A stretch of DNA of 63,998 bases, counting the filler, from Jimgerdemannia flammicorona (Eukaryota), in the NCBI GenBank assembly GCA_003990765.1. It is 3 parts of 3 records of this genome, joined end to end, with 100 filler letters (N's around TTAATTAATTAA, not from the genome) between each part and the next. Parts side by side here need not be neighbours in the genome. Positions count along the whole stretch, not along the records: positions 43,101 to 63,998 come from RBNJ01001571.1; 2 more parts are not named here. One strand, given 5' to 3'. The translations under genes were made by a program, and so were the position numbers. Below, one piece after another: positions 51,101-63,998 of the stretch; positions within the stretch are counted from its first letter, which is position 1; the number at the start of each line of letters is the position of its first letter. Under the pieces are notes generated by a model. It saw only the letters and a list, made by a program, of their open reading frames with translations. It was not told the DNA's origin and made no database searches.

Positions 51101-53348
51101 ATATATATACTTCAAACTCACCCATCTCTATATATGAGAACTCTAAGGAGTTAAAAAAGATTAAATATTTAAGATAAAGAGATCTGTTACATTTCTGCTA
51201 GTATATATCTACTATATTATAACTTAGTATCTATTGGCTGGTAATTCAAGACAAATCTCTCACTTTTAAGCTAAATGATGAACAACTAATATCACCAAAA
51301 TACACACTCAATTGAACTAAAATATGTAGAAAAGATAGATATAAGACTACTAGTATTCTATAAATATATCTCTGATGAATTAATTATTATCTTTCTTGAT
51401 AATTTTGAGTAATATTCTGCTATAAGAACTCTGTCAGCACAATAACAAGTAACTCTAATATCATTTAGTCTCTGAGAATTAGCAAGAGCTATATTCATAT
51501 CTTTGACTTATACTGAAAATAATGATACTGTAATATAGATAACTCAGAAGACCTGGTTGCAAACTATCTACTATATAGATAAATCAAATAAACTCTGAAG
51601 AACCAACTCAATAATATCTATCAAGGAATGAATAAAGATCCAAACACCTTCTATATCAGAATCTACTATTAGTTAATCTTGATTAACTATACTAATATTA
51701 TTAGAGATCAAGTAGCAAAAGCAATCTTTATAAAAGAAATTTACTCAGAAATAGTTATAACAATCTGATCAATATCAATAGTCCTTAACTTAATATAGAA
51801 GATGACTCATACTCAGTGATATTAGTTAGTCAGATACTCTCAAGACTATATAATAGAAAGAGTTACTAGAGTCAGAATTGAAGTACCCAAGGTGACTAGT
51901 ATAATTCCTATAACTATAATCAATTGAAATACACCTCAATCAAAGGTAAAGGAGTAGTAGAGAAATAGTAATCCTATGGAAGAATTTATAAAAAGTTCAC
52001 TGAAATAATTACTTATCTGAGAGATATATATAATGAAAGAAATAGAAAAAGAGATCATTGCCTACTTCAGAAGTTTGCCACCACTATAGATAGAAAGAGA
52101 GAAATCTACTATACTTGCAGAGAAAAAGGCCACTACTTTTACAAATATATGAGTGAGACCAAGCACAAGACTCAGTCAAGCAATACTATTAGAAACTATG
52201 AATATGCCAATACTATTATCTTTGAAGAGATTGGAGATTTAGAAAAAGAGAAAGAATAGAAAGTCTATTTAGCTCTCACCTCTAAGAAGGATATCTGTTA
52301 GAAATCTTATAAGAGATTACTTAAGAAGAAAGCAGTGGAATAGCCTGCAGAAGAATAAGTAAAGATATTTATATAAATTGAAACTATAGCTGAGAAAATA
52401 GATCAAGATATAGAACTTAAATAAGTAGTTGAAGATATCATCTAAGGCAATACTTCTGTCAGTGAAGAAGAAAAAGTGAAAAAACTATAAAAGAGCAAAA
52501 CCTTTAAGTATAATATCTTCAAGGATCTTAGCTAGCAAAAAGTCAATATAAACTTTGGATAGTTGGCAGAAATCTCTACCTTCAGATTACAAATAAGACT
52601 AGAACTTGTTGAAATAATTAAGAATTAAAAGTGGAAGATAGTTGAGACCAATAATATGTAGGAGAATTTAGATGAAAAAAGTAAAGAAGATAACTATAAG
52701 ATCTCTGCCTATGCTATCTACTAGATTAAAGATAGGATATTTGAAGCTATTATTAATATAGAAGCAGGAGGATACCTCCTTAGCAAAACAGCTATAGACT
52801 ATCTAGGTTAGAAAATAGAAGTTATAAAATTGGTATTCATTATAGCTAATAGTATAAGAGCTACCCCTCTGGAAAAGATTTAAGATATTCTCATCAAGTT
52901 TAGAAGAGTAACTATTCCAGTAGATATGATCATCATAAATACTACTGACTATAATATCCTCATTAGTAACCAGGGACTTTACAAGGCCAAGACTATAATC
53001 AATATAAACTTTTAGAAGATATAGATTGTCTATTAAAGACAAAAGATGTAAATTTTCATCAATGTCAACAAGAAGTACTCTCTAAGATAGATAAAGAAAG
53101 TAGTAAGTAAGAAGAAGTCTATAAGGTAAACTCTCAAAAGAAAATTAGAAGATCAGATAAATTAGTAAAGAAAACTGATATAAGAAGATTGCTAAATAAT
53201 ATGTCTTATAAGGAGTATATTCTCATAGAATTCAAATATACTATATAAGTATATAGATGAGTATGACTAATATATTACTAAGATTCATAAGATTTATTAT
53301 AAGAAGAAGAAAAGAAGATAGAGGTAATAAAAAAAGAAAGACCAGAAA

Positions 53349-53711
53349 TAGTGCTCTCAAATAAATTGAATCAATACAAATCAAATTGAATTGAGAGTCA
53401 TTTGAATTGAATTAATTTAGAGATTTTTTAATTTAAATAAATTTTGAATTAAATTAAATTTAAATAAAATTAAGGGTCTATTTTTAGAAATATAATATCT
53501 CAATGAAAATATAACCAAATTTATAATATTTAGCTTATTAGATTTACCTTATTTAGAGAAATCTAATAAGCTAAAGACTATTAAATTTGGATATATATTT
53601 GGCAAGTTATTATATTTCCAAAAATAGTGTTTAAATTGAATTTTGAATTGAATTGCATTTGATTTGATATAAATCAAATCAAATTAGACCTTTGATTTAT
53701 TAAAACCACTA
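53349..53711. mobile_element. Possible non-autonomous hAT/MITE-like insertion
   Basis: Imperfect inverted ends TAGTG..AATAAAT / ATTTATT..CACTA; internal TTGAA/TCAAA repeats; no clean target duplication. Confidence 0.4.
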
Positions 53712-55377
53712 GTCCAGTCAGAATACAAGTCAGAAAATATAGCTAGAATAGATATTATTATAGTTGAGAGATAATTCTCAAACCTCAGACAACTACTTTA
53801 TATATAACTGGTCTAGAAATGACTATTTCCAAAAGGAGGAGTCATTAATTCTAATTATATCAGAGAAATCTTACTTATTACTAGAAATCACAACCTCATA
53901 ATTTCATTTGCAGTCAAGAAGAAGGACTAACTCACACAAATACTAATCTTTTAAGTGCTACAATCTAAGATTTTAAAAGTCAAGAAGTTGGAGAAAATAG
54001 AAAGAGAAAGAGAAAGATTCAGATTTATAGAAAAAGAGATTTTCATTAGTACTAAAATTACTAAATTAGACTACAAAAAGGAGGAAATTACAGACCAGTA
54101 TAGCTATACTATTGAAAATAAATTTTCATTCAAGAATGTCCTTACTACTGATTTCAAGAATATTAAAAAAAAGATACTATACTATTATCATAATAACTAT
54201 AGAAGATACTGAGCCAATTTATTAAAGAGTTAGACCAATTCTATCAGCATATTATAAATGACTTAAAGAGAAAATCAAACAGATGAAAGAAGTCAGTATT
54301 ATCAAGGAGACCATCAGTTCCTGATTCTTACCTATTATACTAGCTCTAAAGAAAGAAAGCAAGTTAGAAGAATTTATTTCAAGACTCTATACAGACTATA
54401 GAAAACTGAATGAAGTTATTAAGATGAATCACTAATTACTACCCCTCATCAGTGATATCTTAGTGATATTGGAAGCTAAAGTACAATACTACACTATCTT
54501 AGATTTATACTCAGAATTCTATTAGATTAGTCTTATTAGAGAAGTTAGTGAAAGGTTACCCTTTATCACTCAGATGGAATCTATGTCTTCCTGCAAATAC
54601 TATTTAGAATATACAATACTTTAGTAAGTTTTCAAAGAATGATAAATAAGATTTTCTGAGAAAACATAGAAGATTAGATAATAGTCTATTTAGATAATAT
54701 AGTTATCTACAATAAGACAGTCAAGGAACATCTGAACTATATTCACCAAATTCTACAGAAACTGAGAGATTATAATCTATTCATCAAGTCAAAGAAGTAT
54801 AAGTTTAGAGAAATTAAGATCTCTTATCTTAGACATATCATTAATTAGAATAGAACTCATATAGATCTTATTAAGATTCAAGCAGTTGAAGCCTACTCAA
54901 GATCCACTACAGTTACTAAAGCTCAAGCCTTCATAAGACTCACTACCAATTACAGAAGATTTATTAAAGAATTCTTCAATATTGCAGACTCTATCTATGA
55001 ATTATTTAAAAAAGATACTAAGTTTCTATAGACTGACAAGTAATAATATATAAGTATTTGAATATCTCAAGGTCTATTTGATCCAGGCACCCATCTTAAG
55101 GAGATCTGACCAGTCTCAGGAGTTTATCTTATAGACAGATGTAAGCTCAATTGGACTGAGAGCTATCCTTATATAAAAAAAGAATAAGGTTAAATATATG
55201 ATTATATATCTTAGCTAAGAAATCTATTGAGAAGAAAGAGAATATAAATTCTATAAGCTAGAGTATCTTGTAGTTATTTAGGCTATAGAAAAGTTACTAA
55301 AAGTCACTTCACTATTCTGATCAATCATTCAGCTCTCACTTAGTTGTTAATTATAAGCTAACTAAAAGAAATATTTG

Positions 55378-57950
55378 TATAATAGGATACTTTATTAGAG
55401 TACTATTATATAGTTCTAAAAGGGGTTTTCTGGAAGTTTTGAATATTCTGAAAGACTATTTTCTTTTAGGTCAAGATCAATTTTATATAGAGTATGTCCT
55501 CTATACTTATTGATTTTAAATTGAATTGATATCTCAACCAAAGTCTTTTTCTCAGACTTATTCTAGATTTTAGAATTTTTCTTATTTCAGAAAATTCAAG
55601 AAACTATAATTAGCTTAGTTGAATTGGCATATTGCTATAGATAATATCTAATTAGGAAATTTCTAGATTTAGTTAGAAGTAGGACCTAATATAGTATGAG
55701 TTTACTTAAGAGTAATTTGTAGCTATTGTGACAAACCAAAACATACCACTCGAATTATAACTTAGCCAGATGATATGAACAATTAGTAACTTAGCCAGAT
55801 AATGTGAACACACAGCATAATAACCAGCAACCATTGCTGTGGAAAACTGTATAAATAGCCAGACTACCAGATAAGGTATATCTGTACAGAACCTGCACAC
55901 CTGTACTAGACTTGCACACCTGTGCTGAACCAGCATACTTGCCATAAGTAGCAAATCTATAGTTAGCCACATAGCAACCAGATAGCAACTACAATGTATA
56001 AAATACCCCAGAGACAAGAGTGAATAAACCTCAGTCTAAAAAGTTGAAGCAAACCAAAGAAGCCTCTAAAGATTGAGTATTGGTCCCTTTTCCCCCACTC
56101 CAGTCCACTTTTTGATACAAAGATTGATTGGTACACTTGCCAGACTAAGCCTGAAGAATCCGAGTTTGCTGCCAAGTTCAAGGAAGAACTTCGCCGCCTT
56201 ATGAGAAATCCGCCACTTAAGGAATAAACCGCTACATTTTGGTTTGCTTGCCAGATAAGCCTGAAGAGTCCAAGTTATCTGCATTCTCAGAGAAAGCCCA
56301 CCTTAAGGAACCTTGCCACAAGCCAGTCTCTCGACGCAACTTCGCAGTGATCCGTTCGCGCAAACGAAGCCAGTCTTTGACGTAACTTGCCAAGAATCCG
56401 AGTTATTTCAGAAGCCCGCCGATTCAGGAAGAATCCTCGCCCCCCGAGTGTTATTCCCAAAAAGCCCACTGATTCAGGAAGAATCCGCGACATCCGAGTT
56501 ACTGAATTATCCGCCTTCCGAGTCATCTGAGTTATCCACGCCATCCGAGTTATTAGTTTGTTCCCAGTGAGCCTGAGTTATTGAGTTATCTGCCGCCAGT
56601 ATTATTCCCAGTAAGCTGCCGATTCGGGAAGGATCCACGCCATCCTCTATTCCCAGTGAGCCAAATCCAGAAATCGCATACTTTTGGAGATCGCCGCCAC
56701 CCAAGAAGGAAACTGTTAAATTGACAGATCATCACGCATAAGGAATCCACTGTGCTACACAGAGATCATCATGCAGAAATTGCATAAGGAAAACTGCTAA
56801 ATTGACAGACTGTCACCCACACACAAATCGCTGCTACACTCAGAGAACCGTCCCAATAAGGAAATCGCTCACAGATATCCAGCTTTTGACTATTATACCA
56901 CTAAACACCAAGAACATTTTGTTGCTTTTAACAAAGTAACTGGGGGCTCAAGCCAAACTACACCAACCCCCAATCTTGTAATTTGCCTCCATTGAGCCAT
57001 GCATGTTATACTATTTATAATATTACTATTGGCTAATACTAGAAGTAATGTGTGAAGAGATATTTGTATAGTAAAGTATTTGTCTAATTCTTGTTTATAT
57101 TCTTATCTAAATTTCTGAGGTCTGAGAGAGTGGATATTTATACTAATGAGAGGCTATCTGAACTAGACTAAATATGAATATAATACTTTAGTACTTGATA
57201 AATCAGAATACAGTCATATAATATAAATTGTAAACTAATATGTCAAGAGATCTACTGACTGATGAGTTAAAATACAGTTATATAGTACTAACTAATCTAA
57301 CTATACTAATGACAGCTAAGCTATTTATAGATTTAGAGACTATCTATATATTTCTCAATAAGATTACTATTAATGATATTATCTCTGATGAAGTATATAG
57401 TTATTTAGAAAGAGTAATTCTTAGATTATATCTCTCTATTTATTTATACAGTAATATATTAAAATAAAGTTATTATTTTATAGAATGATATCATCTATCT
57501 CATATACTAGATATAGTGTTAGTGGGTAAAGAAGAAGTGTATTATCTTTGCTTTTATCAGATTCACTATTAATATATCTTCAATAGATTATAGTGCTATA
57601 TATAACAGAGTTATAGTATACTGGTAGTTATTTTTTATATTACTTATACTCAGAAAGTGGGATTATTGATTCTATCTTAAGAGTTGTCCAGAGATATAGA
57701 TTGTATTCTTCTGTCTCTTCATTGTAGTTGAAGTAGTTGAGTATAAATATAGATTGATACTTATGCCAGTAGTTATTATCCTAATAGATCTTATAGATAG
57801 TTATATATAAACTATTATAAGTCTATTAGTAAAGTTAGCAGAGTGATCAGAGTTAGTAGAGATTCTTGGCTAAAGGATATCTCAGTATTAGAGAGATTAT
57901 TATCTTCTGCTTTATCATTATCAAACTAGATTATATTATAGATATCCTTT
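55378..57950 (-). repeat. Diverged, truncated B-related LTR (includes the 3' half of the LTR ORF), split by another solo LTR
   Basis: 55378-55726 and 57011-57950 are colinear with 35065-36265. Confidence 0.75.
55727..57010 (+). mobile_element. Solo LTR (~1.28 kb) related to the element A LTR
   Basis: Starts TGTGACAAACCAAAACATACCA as at 16513; ends TGTTATA; CTAT on both flanks. Confidence 0.75.
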
Positions 57951-58383
57951 ATATTATCTTTCTCTAGTACTAATTTAGATTATATAAGCTTTTTATAATA
58001 TATTTGATGTTGTTTTTAGTGAAACCAGACTAGTAATATAATAATATATAAGAGTTCTGATGAATATACTAGGTTGGATAAATCTGGGGCCTTTGACTGA
58101 CAATATGTCAGATGAGAGTATAACTTAGAAATAGAGTCCTTTGATGGTAAAGATAGACAGGAAGGATAGGGTGAGAGTTGACTGTCTGGCAGAAGTAGAG
58201 GAGGGCAAGGGCTGATGAGTTTTACTAAAAAGATAAAGACAGAGAGTTGGTCAGATGGTGCTCAGAGTGACAAGATTAGAGTGAGAGAGCTGATAATTAC
58301 TGGGAGAGCAAGAGGGTCATTGGCTAGAAGGACAGATATAGAGGCTGATAGAGCTGTGACTGAGAGCAGAAGTGAAGGGTACA

Positions 58384-61300
58384 ATTCATATTACACCAAC
58401 TTCAAGCAATAGTTTTTGACACAAATCCGAGGAAAGGTATTATAAAAATATCATCAAGCAAGAGTTCTGATGGGTATGCTGGGTCAGGTGAACCTAGGCC
58501 TTTCAGCTAGCAGCATGTAGGGAGGGGTTATGGTCTGGGAATGGGGGCCTTTGGGGGGTTGAAGGGTGGTGAGGACTCTGGAAGTGGACCAGTGGCTGGT
58601 AGACATGAAGAGAGGCCTGGCCCTCTAAGTTTTGCAGATAAGGTGAAGGAGAGTGGGTGGCTGGCTGGATCCAGGGCTGGTGCTGCTGTAGGGAAGGGCA
58701 AGGTGAGACAAAGGAGGGGAGGAGGTACTCAGGTAGAGGATGTAAGCATAGGTACTGGAGGTGCTGTGGCTGGGGGTGGGACTACTGATGGCAGTGTGAC
58801 AGACAATTAGGAAAAAAAAGAGATGTAACAGCTGATGGAGGTATAGGGCAGGGGGTCCCAATGAGGAAGGGAGACCTGGCTGATGGTGTGATGGGACTGG
58901 TGGTGGCACTATTACTCAGGAAGTCGATCTTGGAGTTTGTGGTGATACTGTGCTTCCAAGGCTTGGCAGTGACAGAAAGGATGGTCTTGGGGCTTATCTC
59001 AAAGCAGGTGGCTGGGGCAGCCTCAGTGAAGTTTCTGAAGGGCCTGGAGGGAGTCAAGGTGGACTTTGAGGAGGCAGGCCCACTGTAAGAGACACTGAAG
59101 ACTGGAGTGGTAGTTGGGGAGGTAGTGGTCCCCATGATGTGCTGCCTAAGGTGGAACCCCAGAGTAGTGCAGCTGCTGGTGAAGGGAGTGCCTACTGTGA
59201 TGAAGGTGAAGACTAGGAGAAGAGTGGAGGAGGTGATGGCAGAGTATGGCAATGTGGTGGATATTGGTTTCCAGGTATGGGAGGGGACCTTCATTAGGAC
59301 TGGTGATGTGGATATAAGGATTTGACTGGTGGGAAGGGAGGCCCTGGGAAGATGAGTGATTGGCCCTCAGTATTGATGTGGGGGACTTTTATCTGTAAGG
59401 TGTCAAGAGTGAGAGAGAATGAAGTGAAGGAAGAGGACTTGTTGGAGGTACTGGAAGAGTTGAGTGGTGCTGTTGAGAGGAGGGTGAAGGCCTGGAAATT
59501 GTATGAGGAGTTGACACATTTGGAGATTGTTGATGGGAAGCAGATTCATACTGACAAGGAGAAGTGAGAGCAGGCCCAGGGGTGCTTAAGGCAGAGAGAG
59601 CTGCTGGCAAGTATGAGCAGAGGGGCTATGAAGAAGATAGATAGAGCTGGGGAGGCTGGGGGCATCAAAGCCAGTGTCTGGGCTAGTAAAGGAGGAGGGG
59701 AGGTGGCAGCTACCATGGAAGGGGCTGAGAAGGTACTGAACAAGGACCCCTATGCAGATGGTACATTCGAAGTCTGGGAGCAGGAGATGGATACCACCCC
59801 CCCCTCTCTTATCAGGAGGGGCCCAGTGGTGAAGAGAGGGGCTGTGGAAGATGTGCTGATGAAGGGGGCCCAGTGAGTACACTTTGGGATTCCCGATGTG
59901 GAGAAAGGGGGACAGGTGATAGTGGTTAGCAAGGATGAGCTAGTGGATGTCCCAGAGGAGGAGTGGGATGAGGCTGCCAGTGTAGAAGCTGATACTACAA
60001 TATTGGATGCAGGGTGGTCAGAGACTCCAGGAGGGAAGGAGGTGGGGAACTTGCTGTGGATGAGCAAGGTGATGGATAACCTCATGGCTGAGGAGTTGGG
60101 AGAAGTGGACCTGTGGGTAATGCCTGAGGAGCATTGGGCAAGGATTCTGTGTAGAGATGGTGTGGTGGAGGTGCTGAAGATGGAGATTCTTGTGATTTTC
60201 CTGGAGAAGGAGGGATATGAGGTTGATAAGGTGAGAAGGGAGGAGCTGGTGGAACTTCTGAGAGGGTTGGAGGCACAGGAAGCTGGAGAGAAGGAGCTGG
60301 CTGCTGAGCATGACTTAGACTTGGCACAGGAGGAGTTGAATGTGGATTTGTAGAGAATGGGATCATTATATAACATTATTCCTTATGAACAGTACAACCA
60401 ACATTTTCTCTTTGAATGTGAATGGGTTAAGGGGTTCTGAGTGGCATAAGAACATTTTTACTTGGCTCAAGGGATTGGAGGCTGATCTCTGTTTATTACA
60501 GGATGTATGATATGAGGATGAGGATGATCAGGTGGAGTAGACTAGGGAATGGGGTGGGGCTGCTGCTTGGTTTGGTAAAGTGGCAATTCTGGTGAGAAAG
60601 GGTAGAGGAGACCTGGGGGGAATCAGGAGCTGGGGTGATCGATTGGTCTGGGGAGATTGATATCGACCTGGGTGGGAATCAGTGAGGGTTGGATCATACT
60701 ACTGCCCTGCAGTTAGGGGTGAGAGGATTGCCTGGATTAAGGAGCTGCTGGAGGAGAGTATTCTCTTGGAGGAAGGAGTCAATGTTCTGGGTGGTGATTT
60801 CAATATAGTTTTGGATATACACCTGGATAGAACTGATAGAGGGAGGAATACTGGTAGGAGGAGTGGCCTGAATATGTGGGAGGAGGTAGAGAATCTCAGC
60901 TCCTTAGGGGATATGAGCAGAACATGGTGGGGCAACACCAGGGTCTACATGTATTGGGTGAATAGATTAGGTATGAGGATTGACTGGATACTGACAGCTG
61001 AATATTGGGGTGCTGATGTTTGGAAGACTTTGGAGATGGAGTGGTGCCCATGGTCGGATCACTGGGGACTATTGGGGCAAGGGCAGTTTGGGGGGAGTGG
61101 AGATGGACCCAGACATTGGCACCTTAACTCCTCCCTGCTGGCTGAGAAGGGATTGTAGGACTCATGGGTGGAGGAAATACAGGTAAAGGTCCATATCTAG
61201 AGGCATGAGGGTTTGTCTGTAGGTATCCAGTAGATGAGGTTGAAGGAGGCTGCAAGGGTTTATTGGGGAGGAACTGGTAGAGAGGCTGGGAGACAGAGGA

Positions 61301-63998
61301 GGAAGCACATATGGTGTGCTTCAAATAGGCTAGTGAGATTGCAGATAGGATGGGCTGATCTACTTTCTTCTGTTGAGGTGGAAGATTGGAGGTTAGAAAG
61401 GGTGAAATTGGAGGTAGTGAAACTGCAACAAGTGTTGAGAGAGGAGGAGGAGATTCATATATGTGGAATGGCTGCCAGGTTACAGTGGCAGAAGCTTGAG
61501 GAGAGAGAGCAGTCTACTAGGTACTTGTCTAGGCTACTCAAAGCCAGGAGGGTGCAACACTGGTGGGATGGGGTCTTGGATACCAAGGGGGATATGGTGC
61601 ATGGCATACACCAGATCTTGAGAGTTTTGAAGGAGAGATAGAGAGGTCTATGGAGTGAGGAAGAAGGGGGTGCAGAGGAAGAGGCAATTGGCAACACACT
61701 GGAGGAGTGAGTGCTGCCACAGGTGGAAGGACTGGGTGACTTGATCTTGCTGGTCCAAGAGGAGGAGATCCAGGGAGTCCTTGCAGCAACCAAGCTTGGG
61801 ATAGTGCCAGGGGAGGATGGATTACCTTGGGACTTCTGGAAGATGATGGCAAAGATCCCAGGAGTACTAGGAGAGATGGCTGCCCTCTGTGATCATTTTC
61901 TTCTGAATGGCAAGTGGGTCAGTGAGCAGGACTTGGGGCTGGTGGCCTTATTGTACAAAAACAAGGGCAGGTGAGAGGACTGGAAGAACTGGAGGCCTAT
62001 TATGCTTCTGGATATGGACCAGAAGATGGTGACCAAGGTGATTATTGCAAGGCTACAGAAGGTTGCTCAACAGGTTATAGGAGAGGAGCAGCGGGGCTTT
62101 GTAGGAGGTAGACTTATTAGAGATGAGACTGCCTGGGTTCATAGCATCAAAGAAGGGGCCAGGGCTTGTGGACTAGATGGTAGACTAGTCTTTTTGGACC
62201 AGGAGAAGACCTATGACCATGTTTGGTGGGTATAGTTGGGTAAGGTTCTGGACAGAATTGGTGTTCCTCTATGGTTTTGGACTTCTATGTTGAGTTTGCT
62301 AGAAGGGAGTAGGGTAGTACTGATGTGTAATGGTCACAGGGGTTTGGCATTTCCCTTGGAGAGAGGAGTACCTCAAGACCTGCTGTCTCCTATCCTTTAT
62401 GCCCTTTCATTAGAACCTTTGATGGATAGGATCCACCAGAAGGTAACTGGGCCCTCTATATATGGTGTGGTGTGGAAGGTAGGGGCCTTTGCAGATGACA
62501 TGGTAGTTGGACTGGGATCAGTTGTGGATGTCAAGGCTCTTAAGGAAACAGTGGAATGGTATGAGGCACACTCTGGGGAAAAACTCAATTGGCATAAATG
62601 TGAGACAATGGTGTTGGAGAATGGGCTAGTGGAGGGGGATGTCATTGGAACAATTGTCCCTACAGGAGAGGTGGTGAGGTATCTTGGTATCTTTCTTTCT
62701 GTGTATGGGTCAGTCCTTCCTAGAGTGTGGTGGGAGAGGAGAGTGGCCATTTGGGGGGAGGTGCTGAGAGGTTGGGGGGGTTGTTATATCTCCCTGGTAG
62801 GGTGGGTGTTGATCTTGAATGTTTACTGGTTCCCCAAGCTATAGTATGTGGCATATCACTTAGACTTTCCAGCCTGGGTGATGAAGAGGCTGATGAAACT
62901 GGCTAGAGATTGGATTTGGGCAGGAAGAAGGTCCCAGATCAGTTGGGATACCCTAGTGGAGCTGGTGATTAGGGGAGGCCTAGGTCTTGTAGACTTCCCT
63001 AAGTATCTATATTGCTTGCAAGCATGGTGGTTGAAAAGGACAGTTGAACTACAGGGAGGAGGTTGGGTACTGCTGATGCAGAAGGTGTGAGAGATGAGAG
63101 TCTCCCCTCATAATTCCTCAAGAGACTTGCTTTTTCTGGTGGGTCTGAATGGGAGCTGACAGATGAGGTTTAAGGGCTTCTGGTGAGGAGTGGTGGATGG
63201 AGTATACCAGATTGGCCTACACTGGTGTGGCAATGAGGGGGAGGTGGTGTGGAGCTCTGCTATATGGTAGTGGGACTGACTGCTCCTAGGAGAGACTCTG
63301 CTAGCAGAGTTTGATATTGGTGATGGGGTGGAGTGTCAGTGGGGTCTTGGTCAGGACCTTTGGCTGAGTAGTTGGCAGGCAGTAAGGATTGATGAGGAGT
63401 GGGACTGGGCAGGAATCTGGGCCTGGAGTGCAGAGGTGCAGTGGTGGTTTCCCCCCAAGTTCTAGGTGATTTGGCGGCGAATGCTGCAGAGGAATGTTAT
63501 ATTGAATTTCCATACAGGGTATTTGGTAGTTAGTGGCCAACTGGATTGTGAGGAGTGTTATAATATTAGGTAAGTTGGGGGATATGTGCAGATGCCAGAA
63601 CATTGGCTGGGTGAGTGTGAGGTTTTGGGAAACTTTTGGATAGCAATAGGGGACTGGCTGGGTACCAAAAGGAGGCTGGTTGGAGTGAGAGACCATTGGG
63701 AGGATCTATGATCTAGACTAGTGGGAGGTGTTGGCAATGGGTGGCTCACTGTAGAGTGGGTTGTAGCAGTGTAGATTGGGCTAGCTGGATATTGGCTTTT
63801 TGTTTTTGAGGAAGGGCAGCAGCTAGGGATACAGGAGAAGGTGTTGAGGTGAGAGGAGTTGTTGAGGGATCTACTGACTGGGTGGTGGGTTGGTTGGAGT
63901 CTCTGGAGTGGGCAACAATGCTGGCTGGTAGAGGAGATTTGTGGGCAGAGTGGTGGACAGGTAGAGATGGTATTTGACAAAATGGTCTTTCATTAGGT
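58384..63998 (+). mobile_element. Near full-length L1/Tx1-type LINE, copy 3 (ORF1 ~58450-60353, ORF2 from 60385 to the window end)
   Basis: RRM-like ORF1; ORF2 MNSTTNIFSLNVNGLRG, GGDFN, SDH, LDQEKTYD, KVGAFADD, EHWLGEC. Confidence 0.9.

Larger units (their letters stand above)
50150..55377 (+). mobile_element. Ty3/Gypsy element E (C family), extremely AT-converted: LTR remnant, gag, protease, dUTPase remnant, RT, RNase H
   Basis: LTR motif GAGTAAATAAACC...AACTAGTAAGTCTGC; protease relic FEAIINIEAGG (~52740); dUTPase relic KGGVINSNYIREIL (~53832); RT TDYRKLN (~54392) and VYLDNIVIY (~54683). Confidence 0.75.

Overview
Eukaryotic, repeat-saturated DNA with no convincing host gene. It is probably from a fungus, possibly early-diverging; this is inferred from the element types. 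Two artificial N44-TTAATTAATTAA-N44 linkers (21454-21553, 43001-43100) split it into three segments. It contains: at least six decayed, nested Ty3/Gypsy LTR retrotransposons (A-F) plus solo LTRs, four of them with dUTPase; three L1/Tx1-type LINE copies and one short LINE fragment; an endonuclease-less Penelope-like element in a tandem plus inverted arrangement; a MULE transposase with a satellite-filled intron; and hAT-like ends. Nearly all ORFs are broken by C->T/G->A transitions at CpG and CpA/TpG. Best leads: (1) a homologous unrecognised accessory ORF in three different Gypsy families, after integrase in two and inside the ~2.06 kb LTR in the third; (2) the endonuclease-less Penelope-like element, with a nucleotide-precise 3' end used three times and a fold-back terminus built on a 15-bp inverted repeat around GNA mini-hairpins. 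All calls are by eye; no database searches were run.
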